Source: a virus
Lineage: Duplodnaviria > Caudoviricetes
Direction: 5' to 3' (one strand)
IMG/VR virus record: IMGVR_UViG_3300037722_001041
Location: 1-38,198 of that record
DNA length: 38,198 bases
Shown here piece by piece: positions 1 through 9,100 of the stretch. The notes under the pieces were generated by a model. That model had not been told where the DNA came from. It saw nothing but the letters and a program-made list of their open reading frames with translations, and ran no database searches. The stretch's first letter is position 1. Each line of letters opens with the position of its first letter. The position numbers and the translations under genes were made by a program.

Positions 1-423
1 GTCAAGCAGATTCTTCAGTAACGCAACTACACTTTCTTTGTCGGTTACGTGCTTGGGTAAAATCGCCGGATTCTTGACGACTGCGTCAGCAGTACCATCA
101 CCATAGGTATCGTATAACCGGCCGGCGGTAACTTTTCCGACACCAGGCAGAGACGATATCAACGCAATCATTCCCTCTCTCCCTGCGGGACGGCAGAGCG
201 CGTGGTTGAAGAATTTGAATTGCCGGCCGTACTCCGAATCCTGCCAATCACCAAACAACACCAAATCCATGTTGGTGTTTCGGGCGGCGTCAGAGATTAG
301 GCCGACGGCCTTGAAGTCTCCGAACTCTTTGTTGTAGAAACGCAAAACTCCCCAACTCTGGCCGGAGGCATTCGGAGGCTTGATGTGGACGTGCCCCTGG
401 TAAGCCGCTTTGATCTGAGCCAT
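1..423 (-). CDS. recD2: RecD2-like SF1 helicase, N-terminal part (runs off the window)
   Basis: Manual translation from ATG 423: MAQIKAAY...LFGDWQDSEYGRQFKF...LPGVGKVTAGRLYDTYG. This resembles the RecD2 N-terminal GxW...YGxQF motif plus a helix-hairpin-helix; GGGAG RBS upstream. Confidence 0.75.
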   Translation of the reverse strand, partial: MAQIKAAYQGHVHIKPPNASGQSWGVLRFYNKEFGDFKAVGLISDAARNTNMDLVLFGDWQDSEYGRQFKFFNHALCRPAGREGMIALISSLPGVGKVTAGRLYDTYGDGTADAVVKNPAILPKHVTDKESVVALLKNLLD

Positions 424-440
424 ACAGATCTCCCGGAGGG

Positions 441-486
441 AAAAGAAAACTTCCCCGAGAGTCCTTCCTGTGGACATTCGGGGAAG
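441..486 (-). terminator. Rho-independent terminator
   Basis: CTTCCCCGA...TCGGGGAAG stem followed by TTTTCTTTT, downstream of the SSB-like gene. Confidence 0.7.
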
Positions 487-523
487 AAGAAGTTCAGCAT
501 CCTTGCCTCAACACAGCTATGGC

Positions 524-1015
524 TCAGAACGGCACCTCCTCGCCCTCGGCGGCGGCAGTGCCTCCCCCTGTGAAGTCGTACTTCGGATATCCCTTCGCCT
601 CAGGCGAATAGGGATTAACGAAGGTGAACTCGACCCCGACCTTGGGCTTGCCGTTATAGGTACTGGCCTCAAGGACGGTCATGAAATCACAGTGGCGGGA
701 TTTTTCAAACGGCAAGTCCACGTTATTGCCGGCGGCCAATTGGCGGGCAATCTCATTCTTCGTCGTCACGCGGCAGGCGATCAGGAAGTTGAACGCCCGG
801 CCCAAAGACTTGCCGTCCTTTTTGAACCAAATGCGGAATTTCTTGCTTTCCTGGCCCGGTTTCTCATGTGCCTTGATTACGCACTGCACTTCGATGTCGT
901 TTTCCTTCTCGATCGTGTCAATAACGATCGCGTGCACTTTACCCGGTGCGGGCATCGCTCCTCCGGAGGAGTCCAAAGAATTGATGTCGAAGTCGGCTGC
1001 GTTGAAAATTGTCAT
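524..1015 (-). CDS. Phage single-stranded DNA-binding protein (DUF669-like)
   Basis: 163 aa with an acidic C-terminal tail ending EGEEVPF; directly downstream of the Sak4-like ATPase. Confidence 0.6.
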   Translation of the reverse strand: MTIFNAADFDINSLDSSGGAMPAPGKVHAIVIDTIEKENDIEVQCVIKAHEKPGQESKKFRIWFKKDGKSLGRAFNFLIACRVTTKNEIARQLAAGNNVDLPFEKSRHCDFMTVLEASTYNGKPKVGVEFTFVNPYSPEAKGYPKYDFTGGGTAAAEGEEVPF

Positions 1016-2244
1016 TCGGTTCCTCTCAGTTTAGCTGAAGCTTCCGCCGCGATTCCTTGCATGAATCTCCCGAACTCGGCCCGGGATAACTGTTTCACTT
1101 TCTCAATATTGCCTCCGGCAGGATCGACACCGCGCGAGCGAAGCATCTTCTCGATGCCGGCGATCACTCTGTCGAACATATTGATTTCCTCGGCCGCGGA
1201 AAGCAAATCGAGAGCCTCATCATCCGTCAGAGGCTTCTCGATTTCCATCCTAGCAGGCTCTTCCTCTGCCGTCCTGGCCTCGTTGGCCTGGCTCTGGGCT
1301 CGCTCCCTCGCGACGCGAGTGGCTTCCATTGCCTTCGCATCAAGCTTCGCTGCCTCGAGCTTAGCCTCCTGTGTGGCTCGTTCGTTGGCCGCGATTTCCA
1401 ATTGAAGTTCCATCTTCTGATCCTCCGTAAGTTCCTTCTCCCTTGCACGCTCATCCTCGGGCACGTTATCGTAATCGGCCGGCGTCAGGATATATTGCCG
1501 GATCACATCTGGTGTTGCCACTGGTATACGAACCGGGAGGTACGGCTGGATGGTCAGTACGCCGCCCTTCAGAGTTTTCCTGTTGAGCCGGTCCTTCAGA
1601 ACAACAGCGCTCGGCGCTTTCGGCGAGGTGCCATCTTTGCGTGGTTCACGGTCTAGCCAGAGATACAGCGACGAGAGCTGGAAGAACGCGCCGCGCCCGC
1701 GAGGAATGGCCTTGTTGGTCGACTTTTGCAGTGTATCGCTCCATTCACGCTTCGTGTGGTTGCAGAACACAAATGTCTGGCACCTGCTTGCGACCTCCAA
1801 GAGAATCTTTTCCCACGCGTCATTTACGTAGCTTTGAAAGATCCCTTTCGTCGCAACAAAAGTTTCTGCCGATTTGTAGCCGTACTCGGCGTGGCGATGG
1901 CGCATCCAGTCAGCAAGTCCTAGTTCCAAGCGATCCGCTGGGTCGACCACGATGATGTCGAAGCTACCGGCCTGAACACCTCTCATCAGAGTAAGCCAAC
2001 ACTCGAAAGCTTGGCGAGGCGCAGCACCTTTCGGGTACTTCAAGAGCATCAAATCGGCAAAGTCTATCCGAGACACACCAAGCTCTTCCCATCCTACACT
2101 GCTTTTTTCCATGTCATAGCACAATGTGGTTTGCGGTGATACGGACAGAGCAAAAGTTGTCTTCCCACTACCGTGGGCGCCGGTCACGCCGATCACGGGA
2201 ATTTTCACGCCGTTTGGCCAGAGTTGCTTAATACCGCTGCTCAT
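1012..2244 (-). CDS. AAA_24/Sak4-like P-loop ATPase (single-strand annealing recombinase) with C-terminal coiled coil
   Basis: Walker A GAHGSGKT, YDME motif, Walker B DIIVVD, FCNH; adjacent to exonuclease and SSB-like genes. Confidence 0.75.
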   Translation of the reverse strand: MSSGIKQLWPNGVKIPVIGVTGAHGSGKTTFALSVSPQTTLCYDMEKSSVGWEELGVSRIDFADLMLLKYPKGAAPRQAFECWLTLMRGVQAGSFDIIVVDPADRLELGLADWMRHRHAEYGYKSAETFVATKGIFQSYVNDAWEKILLEVASRCQTFVFCNHTKREWSDTLQKSTNKAIPRGRGAFFQLSSLYLWLDREPRKDGTSPKAPSAVVLKDRLNRKTLKGGVLTIQPYLPVRIPVATPDVIRQYILTPADYDNVPEDERAREKELTEDQKMELQLEIAANERATQEAKLEAAKLDAKAMEATRVARERAQSQANEARTAEEEPARMEIEKPLTDDEALDLLSAAEEINMFDRVIAGIEKMLRSRGVDPAGGNIEKVKQLSRAEFGRFMQGIAAEASAKLRGTE

Positions 2245-2482
2245 CTTGCACTTGCTCCCCTACATTATAGGACAATTCGTACACGAACTCGCCCGCGCAA
2301 TCACCGACGTGCCCTTCTTCTTGAAGCGTTAACCTTCCGTCTTCTCGGTCCACAATCGCAGCCGCAAATATCGTTCCTTCGGGGAATATTCCCACAGCTT
2401 GCGAAAGTTTCACATCATAGAATACGTCGATCGAATCAGTGACGGTATTCCAGCCGCGATATTCAAAAAGCTTTTCAATCAT
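2228..2482 (-). CDS. Hypothetical protein (84 aa)
   Basis: Fills the gap between exonuclease and ATPase, overlapping both. Confidence 0.6.
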   Translation of the reverse strand: MIEKLFEYRGWNTVTDSIDVFYDVKLSQAVGIFPEGTIFAAAIVDREDGRLTLQEEGHVGDCAGEFVYELSYNVGEQVQDEQRY

Positions 2483-3288
2483 ACTAAAAGTCCCATTCCC
2501 TTTGCTACATTGTACGTCGCCACTATGTCGCTTGTCAAGTAGTTTCGGGCCAATTCAACCTGCCCATCGCGAAGCAGAACCCAAAATTGATCACCGGTAA
2601 TTCCTTCAAGTTTGCCCTCAACACCCATTAGTTTCGCCAGGTGATCAAGCTTGACGTATGCGCGGTTATCTCCGCAGCCCCAACGCCGCAGTGTGTCTTC
2701 GATAAAGTCTTCCGGCTTGCCATACCTCGTGAAGAGGTAGGGCGGATTAATGCCGTATTTCCACGAACGACGTGTCAAGAAGGGCAGGTCGAAATTGTTG
2801 CTGTTGTGCCCTATCAGGCGGCCACCATGCCGACGGACTTCAACTACCATTTCCCAGAAATACCCAAGCATTTCCCATTCGCCGCTAATATCGATGTAGA
2901 CTTTCAGGCCACCTGCGGTAGCAATGCCGTAGCCAATCGCCAACACACGGCCGCAGATTGAACTCAGCGGAGCTGCGTTGATGAAGTCTTCCCACGCCTG
3001 TTTCTTGAGAGCCTCGACCTCAGGCTTCCAGTTTCGTACGCGCTCATCATGCTTCGCGCGTTCTTCTGCCATTTTCAGACCAATTTTCACAGGGTCTTTG
3101 AGATTGCCGATTTTTACTGTCTTGGGATCAAACTTGCCTGGATCATCAGGCAGAATTACTTTTGATTCATCGTAGAACTGACGCAAGACTTCGTCGCGCT
3201 CAGGTCCGGTTTCAATGTCGAAGCAAACTTTTGGGAATTTGCAATCTAGCAGTTGAAAAAACTGCTCACGGTCAATCACGTTTGACAT
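2479..3288 (-). CDS. DnaQ/PolB-like 3'-5' exonuclease
   Basis: ExoI FDIET, ExoII GHNSNNFD, ExoIII YLTSD; start placed at ATG 3288, just after the upstream stop. Confidence 0.85.
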   Translation of the reverse strand: MSNVIDREQFFQLLDCKFPKVCFDIETGPERDEVLRQFYDESKVILPDDPGKFDPKTVKIGNLKDPVKIGLKMAEERAKHDERVRNWKPEVEALKKQAWEDFINAAPLSSICGRVLAIGYGIATAGGLKVYIDISGEWEMLGYFWEMVVEVRRHGGRLIGHNSNNFDLPFLTRRSWKYGINPPYLFTRYGKPEDFIEDTLRRWGCGDNRAYVKLDHLAKLMGVEGKLEGITGDQFWVLLRDGQVELARNYLTSDIVATYNVAKGMGLLV

Positions 3289-3289
3289 T

Positions 3290-3460
3290 TTAGCTGCTTT
3301 CCCGTGTGAATGCGTAGAAGAAAACATAGAACCAACCAAAACCGCCATGTATCGCGGCCCAAACAATTGATTTATGCAACGACCATGAGATCGCAACGGC
3401 GATTACTGATCCAAGACTAATCCCACTGTGAATGATTGTGGTCCCAGTACTGTCGCTCAT
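3290..3460 (-). CDS. Small membrane protein (56 aa)
   Basis: Manual translation MSDSTGTTIIHSGISLGSVIAVAISWSLHKSIVWAAIHGGFGWFYVFFYAFTRESS; two hydrophobic segments; AAGGAAG RBS. Confidence 0.7.
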   Translation of the reverse strand: MSDSTGTTIIHSGISLGSVIAVAISWSLHKSIVWAAIHGGFGWFYVFFYAFTRESS

Positions 3461-3487
3461 AAATCACTTCCTTTTTGTTGATCTCGA

Positions 3488-3679
3488 CTAGGCGGTTGAC
3501 ACCGCGCGTAATTCATCAAGCCTAATAATCTGCTTTGTTCCGGCCGCACTTTGCGGCGCAACAACACGCACAAGAAAATATAAAGTGGCCTCCCATTTGC
3601 GGGCCCGGCCGTCGATGGTCTCGAGAACCGTTCCAGTCAGAAAGCTAGTGCGTACTAAGTCGCCTTGCTTGACAAGCAT
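3488..3679 (-). CDS. Hypothetical small beta-barrel-like protein (63 aa)
   Basis: AAGGA RBS before ATG 3679; MLVKQGDLVRT... has an SH3/KOW-like pattern. Confidence 0.55.
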   Translation of the reverse strand: MLVKQGDLVRTSFLTGTVLETIDGRARKWEATLYFLVRVVAPQSAAGTKQIIRLDELRAVSTA

Positions 3680-3735
3680 AAATGTCCTTGAGGAAAGAAA
3701 AGGCCACAACGGTCGCAACGCATCCGTCTGGCCTT

Positions 3736-3764
3736 ATTATACCAAGGTCTCGGGCCTGAATAAA
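3736..3764 (-). promoter_or_regulatory. Sigma70-type extended -10 promoter for the recombination/replication block
   Basis: TTTATT-N17-TATAAT with TG (TGGTATAAT), intergenic; a CGGGTCT/AGGCCCG hairpin overlaps the -35 element. Confidence 0.65.
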
Positions 3765-3779
3765 GACCCGTCGTCATTT

Positions 3780-4052
3780 TTATTTTTGGATTAGAAGTAG
3801 GATTTGTGCCTGTAAGTCTCGGATCTCTGATACATCCTGGCGAATGTGATCAATATCCTGCCGGAGGCTTACCACTTGCTTGTCAGCATAAGCCTGCGTC
3901 TCAGCTACAATCCGGCGCTCATCATCTACCGTCAGGCTACGGTATTCAGCACTTGCCATGCCGATCAAAATCCAGCCCAGCACCCCAAGAACGGCTGTGA
4001 GCAACACCGGGGCTGTGGCCAGGATGATGTCTTTCCAGAGTCTAGAACCCAT
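3780..4052 (-). CDS. Single-TM coiled-coil membrane protein (holin/spanin-like candidate)
   Basis: N-terminal hydrophobic helix followed by a heptad-like C-terminus; last gene of the late block. Confidence 0.5.
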   Translation of the reverse strand: MGSRLWKDIILATAPVLLTAVLGVLGWILIGMASAEYRSLTVDDERRIVAETQAYADKQVVSLRQDIDHIRQDVSEIRDLQAQILLLIQK

Positions 4053-4230
4053 GTTGCTCCTTGAGCCGGTTGTCGATTCGATCGACCGCGGCGTCGACTA
4101 TTACCGGTCCGAACCGCCCCCATACTTTAGACAGGACGGGGCGATTCATTAGCATGTAGGGCACAGCTGTCGTGGCGGCAAACGTGATGGCCATAACTGC
4201 TAGTTTCTTAACGAGAAGCGCTTTAAGCAT
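4042..4230 (-). CDS. Small membrane protein (62 aa)
   Basis: One hydrophobic segment; tightly packed with its neighbours. Confidence 0.55.
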   Translation of the reverse strand: MLKALLVKKLAVMAITFAATTAVPYMLMNRPVLSKVWGRFGPVIVDAAVDRIDNRLKEQHGF

Positions 4231-4232
4231 AG

Positions 4233-4400
4233 CTATTTGCCCTTCTTCTTTTTCTTCTGAGCCTTGGTTGGCAGTCCCTTGGGACTTTGCCCGGCTACGA
4301 ATTCCTTGGCCTGGGCTTTAGTTGGACCGCCCTTCTTGCGGGCCTTTCCGTGAGCCACAGCCTGCATGTAATTAAACTGAGCGCGCGAAGTGGCGGGCAT
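4233..4400 (-). CDS. Small highly basic protein (55 aa)
   Basis: Manual translation MPATSRAQFNYMQAVAHGKARKKGGPTKAQAKEFVAGQSPKGLPTKAQKKKKKGK; AAGGAG RBS; fills the gap exactly. Confidence 0.7.
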   Translation of the reverse strand: MPATSRAQFNYMQAVAHGKARKKGGPTKAQAKEFVAGQSPKGLPTKAQKKKKKGK

Positions 4401-4403
4401 CGA

Positions 4404-4799
4404 CTAGCTCTCCTTTGGTGCAACCGGGGTCACAGTTATCGTCACGCCCATTTTTTTCTGAATGTAATCCACTAACGCGGTACGACTATCCGTATCGGCC
4501 AGACGTTTGTCAAGTTGTGTCTTCAGAAACAAATCGACAGCCTGCTTAGATAATTCGGCGTCGCCAACGATTTCATGCATGTGTTGAAGTGCATAAAGGC
4601 TGCCGGAATAATTACCGATTGAATACTCAGTCAACAGAGAACTCAATGTTGGAAGGCCGTTAGCCTGGCACCACGCGCCCAAGCGGGCAGCCTGCCGGCG
4701 GCGATCTTCGACGCGGGTATCAGCTTTTACCAAAAGCTTACCACCAAAAAATGCTCCTGCGGAAATTCCTGCGATCAGCAGCATCGACTGCATGTCCAT
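4404..4799 (-). CDS. N-terminally membrane-anchored hypothetical protein (131 aa)
   Basis: Hydrophobic N-terminus; GGAG RBS. Confidence 0.65.
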   Translation of the reverse strand: MDMQSMLLIAGISAGAFFGGKLLVKADTRVEDRRRQAARLGAWCQANGLPTLSSLLTEYSIGNYSGSLYALQHMHEIVGDAELSKQAVDLFLKTQLDKRLADTDSRTALVDYIQKKMGVTITVTPVAPKES

Positions 4800-4819
4800 G
4801 TTGTGTCTCCAAATCCAAA

Positions 4820-5524
4820 TTAAGAGTGGTCAAACGATTTCCAGATACCCAGGCCTGCGGCAGCAAGTGGAATCAGTAGAGCAAGCAGTGGTATTCCTCC
4901 ATTCTCTTCCTCCTCCACTGGTGTCAGTGGTGGAGTAATTGTTGGTACAAGCGGCTTGATCTCGGGCGGGGGAGTTACAGGTGCAGGTTGCGGAGCCGGT
5001 TGCGGTTGAGGTTGTGGGTACGGAGCCGGACGTGGCAACGGCACTCGTGGCAAAATAGGGTAGGGACACGGGCCGCCGGGAGGGCACGGCCTTTGCTGCT
5101 TCGCAGCATATGTGTCCACTGCGTCCTGCAACCTACGCACTAGAACGCTTGTTTTGAGGTTACTACCAGTGGCAAAGAACACTACTTGAGATTTCCCGGT
5201 TTCATCGGGAGGGGCTTGCAGCAGTAGGGCAGGTCGCTGCGATCCAAGAAAAGTTGCCCAATCGGTTTTGCTCACCGTCGGGTTGGCATCGGTCCACTCG
5301 TTATAGACTACCTGTGGTTTAAGTTGGATCATGGCTTTGTTGGTAGCCATGAAATCCAGGAGATTCCGATCGGCCTCCGTGGGTAGTTCACTTACCACCA
5401 GTGTAAGGTACCAGCGGCCCGCGGCAATTTCGGGCAAATCGATCACACGTTCTGTAACCTGCGGCCCAGCGAGGGCCAGTGAGGACGTCAGAAACAACAT
5501 CAAAGAACCAAGAAATGTGCGCAT
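4820..5524 (-). CDS. Exported protein with Pro-rich linker and C-terminal membrane anchor (234 aa)
   Basis: Sec-type signal peptide ending ALA, CPPGGPCP motif, Pro/Gln-rich linker, C-terminal TM helix; CAGGAG RBS. Confidence 0.7.
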   Translation of the reverse strand: MRTFLGSLMLFLTSSLALAGPQVTERVIDLPEIAAGRWYLTLVVSELPTEADRNLLDFMATNKAMIQLKPQVVYNEWTDANPTVSKTDWATFLGSQRPALLLQAPPDETGKSQVVFFATGSNLKTSVLVRRLQDAVDTYAAKQQRPCPPGGPCPYPILPRVPLPRPAPYPQPQPQPAPQPAPVTPPPEIKPLVPTITPPLTPVEEEENGGIPLLALLIPLAAAGLGIWKSFDHS

Positions 5525-5554
5525 GATATGCTCCTGTTTTTGGGTCTGCTTAGA

Positions 5555-5583
5555 ATTATTCGGGTAAAATCGTCAACTGGCAA
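5555..5583 (-). promoter_or_regulatory. Putative late promoter, copy 3
   Basis: TTGCCA-N17-AATAAT with ACCCG immediately before the -10; matches copies at 26525-26553 and 36236-36264. Confidence 0.6.
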
Positions 5584-5586
5584 GAG

Positions 5587-6126
5587 CTATTGTGCCGGCC
5601 AAGGAGGAGGTGGTTGGTACACAAATGTCCACCCGAAACCTCCGAATTCGGTACGCCATCGTCGCAAAAATTCCTCTCTAGGTACTACAGTATACACCCC
5701 AACTGAGTTGTTGTCAAGCAGAATTGCGTAATCCTGGGACAAATCAAGTAGATTTATGGAATGGCGAGGGTAGTAAAAAATACCCGCGCCGAGGCGATTC
5801 CGACTCGCCCAGTCCAGAAAAGCAGGATCACCAGTATCAGTGTAGGCGAATTTAAGACCCGAAAAGGTCATGTGATTGATCTGTGAAGTATCCCACTCAC
5901 CGCCTTGAAAGTTGGTACGCCACCACTCAGCATGTTCGTGCAAACCCATCCAACGCAGCAGAGTCACAGTAGCCGCGTTCACACATGATCCTTCACCCTT
6001 CGGGGAATCCCAATTCGGTTGCCGCAATTGCCACGGCACATCCGCTAAGGTTTCAATAATCTTGCCCGGCACTTGAGCCATTGCTGGCGCCGCATACAAC
6101 ATCAGAAATAATGCAATCCGATACAT
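5587..6126 (-). CDS. Secreted papain-fold (C39-like) cysteine peptidase
   Basis: Signal peptide ending AMA; oxyanion Q (RQPN), catalytic Cys GSCVNAA, His HSINL, LLDNN. Confidence 0.7.
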   Translation of the reverse strand: MYRIALFLMLYAAPAMAQVPGKIIETLADVPWQLRQPNWDSPKGEGSCVNAATVTLLRWMGLHEHAEWWRTNFQGGEWDTSQINHMTFSGLKFAYTDTGDPAFLDWASRNRLGAGIFYYPRHSINLLDLSQDYAILLDNNSVGVYTVVPREEFLRRWRTEFGGFGWTFVYQPPPPWPAQ

Positions 6127-6129
6127 GTT

Positions 6130-9100
6130 TTACTCCGTTGCAAAAAACCTATTGATCGTCTCTTGATCTGCCCCGAGCCTCTGCAGGGACCTGCGACGCG
6201 AAATTGTATTCCTTGGAGCTACTCGCCGGCGAGGTATCCCGCCCCTTTTCTCAGCTTCCTCATTTTCATGCTCTTGATCATCCACCAACAACTTTCGCCA
6301 GAGCGATTCTATCCCTTGCTGAATTCCGACTCCGTTCGCGTCTAATTTAGCCAAAGCATTTTCAACAGTCGTTTTGGTCTTTTCGGTCTCTGTTGGGCGA
6401 GATGCGGTTTGCACCATCGTGCCGATTACGTCGTCTCGTTTAGCTTCCAGCAGGACCTTATGCTCTGGCGTTGCCACTTGTAGCATCTTGTTCAGCGAAG
6501 TCAATGACGTTGGAACGTATGGCTGATACTCACCTTTGAGCAACGCTGCAGTCATATCTTTCGCGATACCATTGTCTTCGAGTATTTTCTGCGCATCCTT
6601 CTCGTCGAAGGCGTAACCCTTCAATAGCGTCAGCGTACCTTGCACATCCTTGGCCAGTGCATCAAATGCTTCGCGGCGATTGCGTTCGGTACGTTCGTAT
6701 GCGGATGCCAACTCAGCCAGCGAAACTGCGCCCGTCCTTGTGGCGACACTATTGAAGATGCCGTTTGTTTCAGACATCTCGTTTTGAAACCGCGAGGCTT
6801 TGAAACCCGTAGACTGACGAGGATCCGTGGTGGTTAACCGCGTACCAGTTGTGAGCGCGATGACTTCATTTGGCCACTTATATCGTTTGCCCTCTTCTGC
6901 CGAGGTCGGTGAAATTCCACGCGCAATACGTCTTCCCGAAGTAACAATGCCCGGCTCAATGGCGGTCTTCATAATGTGCTCTATGCCGAGCCAGAACTTC
7001 ATAAGTTCATCGTCTTGCTGGTTATATATCGTTCTTTTTTCATAAGTCTCACCATGCCGGGCTTCATCAAGAGCTTTGAAAAGAATCTTGGGCTCAGCGT
7101 ATGAAGAGAAGAGTGCTCCGACCGTGCCCCACACATCTCCTTCTCCGGAAGCCTTCACTGCTTCCGTAGCGAAGCTAAGAGGATCCGAATACGACATATC
7201 AGAGTATGAGCGCACGCCTTCATCATCAGTGCCGGTGTGAATGAGTGCGGCATATCGCGACCACCACGGAACGTGTCGGCGTAGTGCGTCCTCCTCTTCT
7301 TTCGAGGTGTGAGTTAAAAAGCGTGACAACGCAACGAGACTTAGTGGGATCGCTCGTGCAGCAATTTGACCGGCCGCAAGCTTTGCGCCCATAAAGCGCG
7401 TCCGCGGATCAGCTAACCATTTAATAGTGTATCCTGTGCGATACCATTGATTCCTTACCTGTTCAGTTTGAAAACTGATGAAATTCCCAAGTGGCGACCG
7501 CTTCAAACTGCGGAAGACTTTTGGGATACGTGAATACATAGTGGTTGTATTGCGGGTAACCTTAGCAGACTCGTCCATCAGTTGCTCTTCGGTCCACTCG
7601 GGATAGGCTTTGCGAAAATCTCGCATATTGGCTTCCCAATTTGCAAGTTTGAAGATATCATCCATCGTGCCGTAAAGTCGACTCGGCAAGCTTGCGAGTT
7701 TTCTCAAGCCCTGCTGAGGCTTGCTGCCAGTCAATTCTTTGATCGCTTCCGAAAGTAGGCCTTGAGTCGCGCGGTCTTCGATTGTCCCAATCTCTAGATT
7801 CTCACCGATGACTCCGCGTGAGATTGCTTTGAGCAAATATTCTTGGTTTGCGCTGTTGTCCGTGTTAAACAGATTCGTCCAAGCAGTGCCAATCATTGTT
7901 GCGAATTCAAGTGGATTATGCCCGTTGGAAAGTTCAGACAACATATTGCTGGGCAATTGACGAATCGTAGCCATTGGTGAAAAGGCGGTTTTTCCCAGCT
8001 CCGAGACTGAGGACGCAAACATCAATGCTTTGTACCACTTTGCATCCATATTTGTTTTGTCTGTTGCCGCGAACGCTTCGGCGACTTCGGGATATGTGAC
8101 GAGCCCAGACAGTGGATACCGTCCTTCATTTGTTGGAGCGGCAATCTGTGCATACATTCCCTCCGGGGGACTGCCTTCCTTCGGGTCGAAAAGGTAACCT
8201 TTCGCTAAACCGTCGGCGCGCATCTCCGTATACATTTGATGCGTCGCATTTAGCTGCGCGATTCGCTGTACTGAATCAAGATAATTCAAAATCGGATCGT
8301 CGCGTTCGCCAAGGAATTTGCGCCATACCTCCGGTAGGTTTTTCTTGTGCCGGAGCCCGTCCAAATCTTTAGCTGGAATGAATCCTCTGGCGAGAAACTC
8401 CAACGGGCTACCAGCTTTTTTGGCTTCGAGCAAAATGCGGTTCGCGTCGTTGCGGGCATCAATCTCCGTCCAATCTGGATGCTCACCGCGTAGCCAATTT
8501 ACGAAGTCATTGAAAGTTTCCTGCGGCATGCGTTCAGAATAATTCGGATCGCGAAATGCATCGTATGCCGTTGTCAAGTAGACTCCGTCATTTGCAATGA
8601 TTTTTACTAAGGTTGCCGCGCGATCTTCGGGAACACCATAGCTGACGAGTTCTTTCACAGCACCTTTGAACGCTTTTGGTTCGCCACTTTCAATCGCCGC
8701 ACGAATATCATTGTACAGGTCTGTCCTAGAAAGCAGATGTTCAGGCAACTCAATTCCCAACCGGCCCTCAAAAGCCCCTGAGTTCAAACCTTCGCGGCTG
8801 AGCGCATCAACGTGCTTTCGCATACGCCGTGCTGGCTCGCGAACTTCGGCCGGTAAGGTATCAATGCTCTCTTCACCACGAAGCACAGCGCGAATTGTCT
8901 CCTTTGTATCGGCATCTAACTCGCCGAGCAATGGTACGCCGTAGGCTTTATGTGCTGCTTTGCGGAAAGCTTGTATGGCAAAATCGGCCTTTTTATACTC
9001 CATCTTCATCCGAAAGTTACGTTTCTCGAGCGCGGCAAAGGAACCTTTCTCAAGGTTACCACGCGAGCGCGCTTGATCTGTAAACGCGCGCCAACCTTTG

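Noticed and set aside
470-1405. 311-aa plus-strand ORF and other long plus-strand ORFs (e.g. 19729-20643, 22645-23262)
   Set aside because: Antisense shadows of well-supported minus-strand genes; no recognisable motifs.
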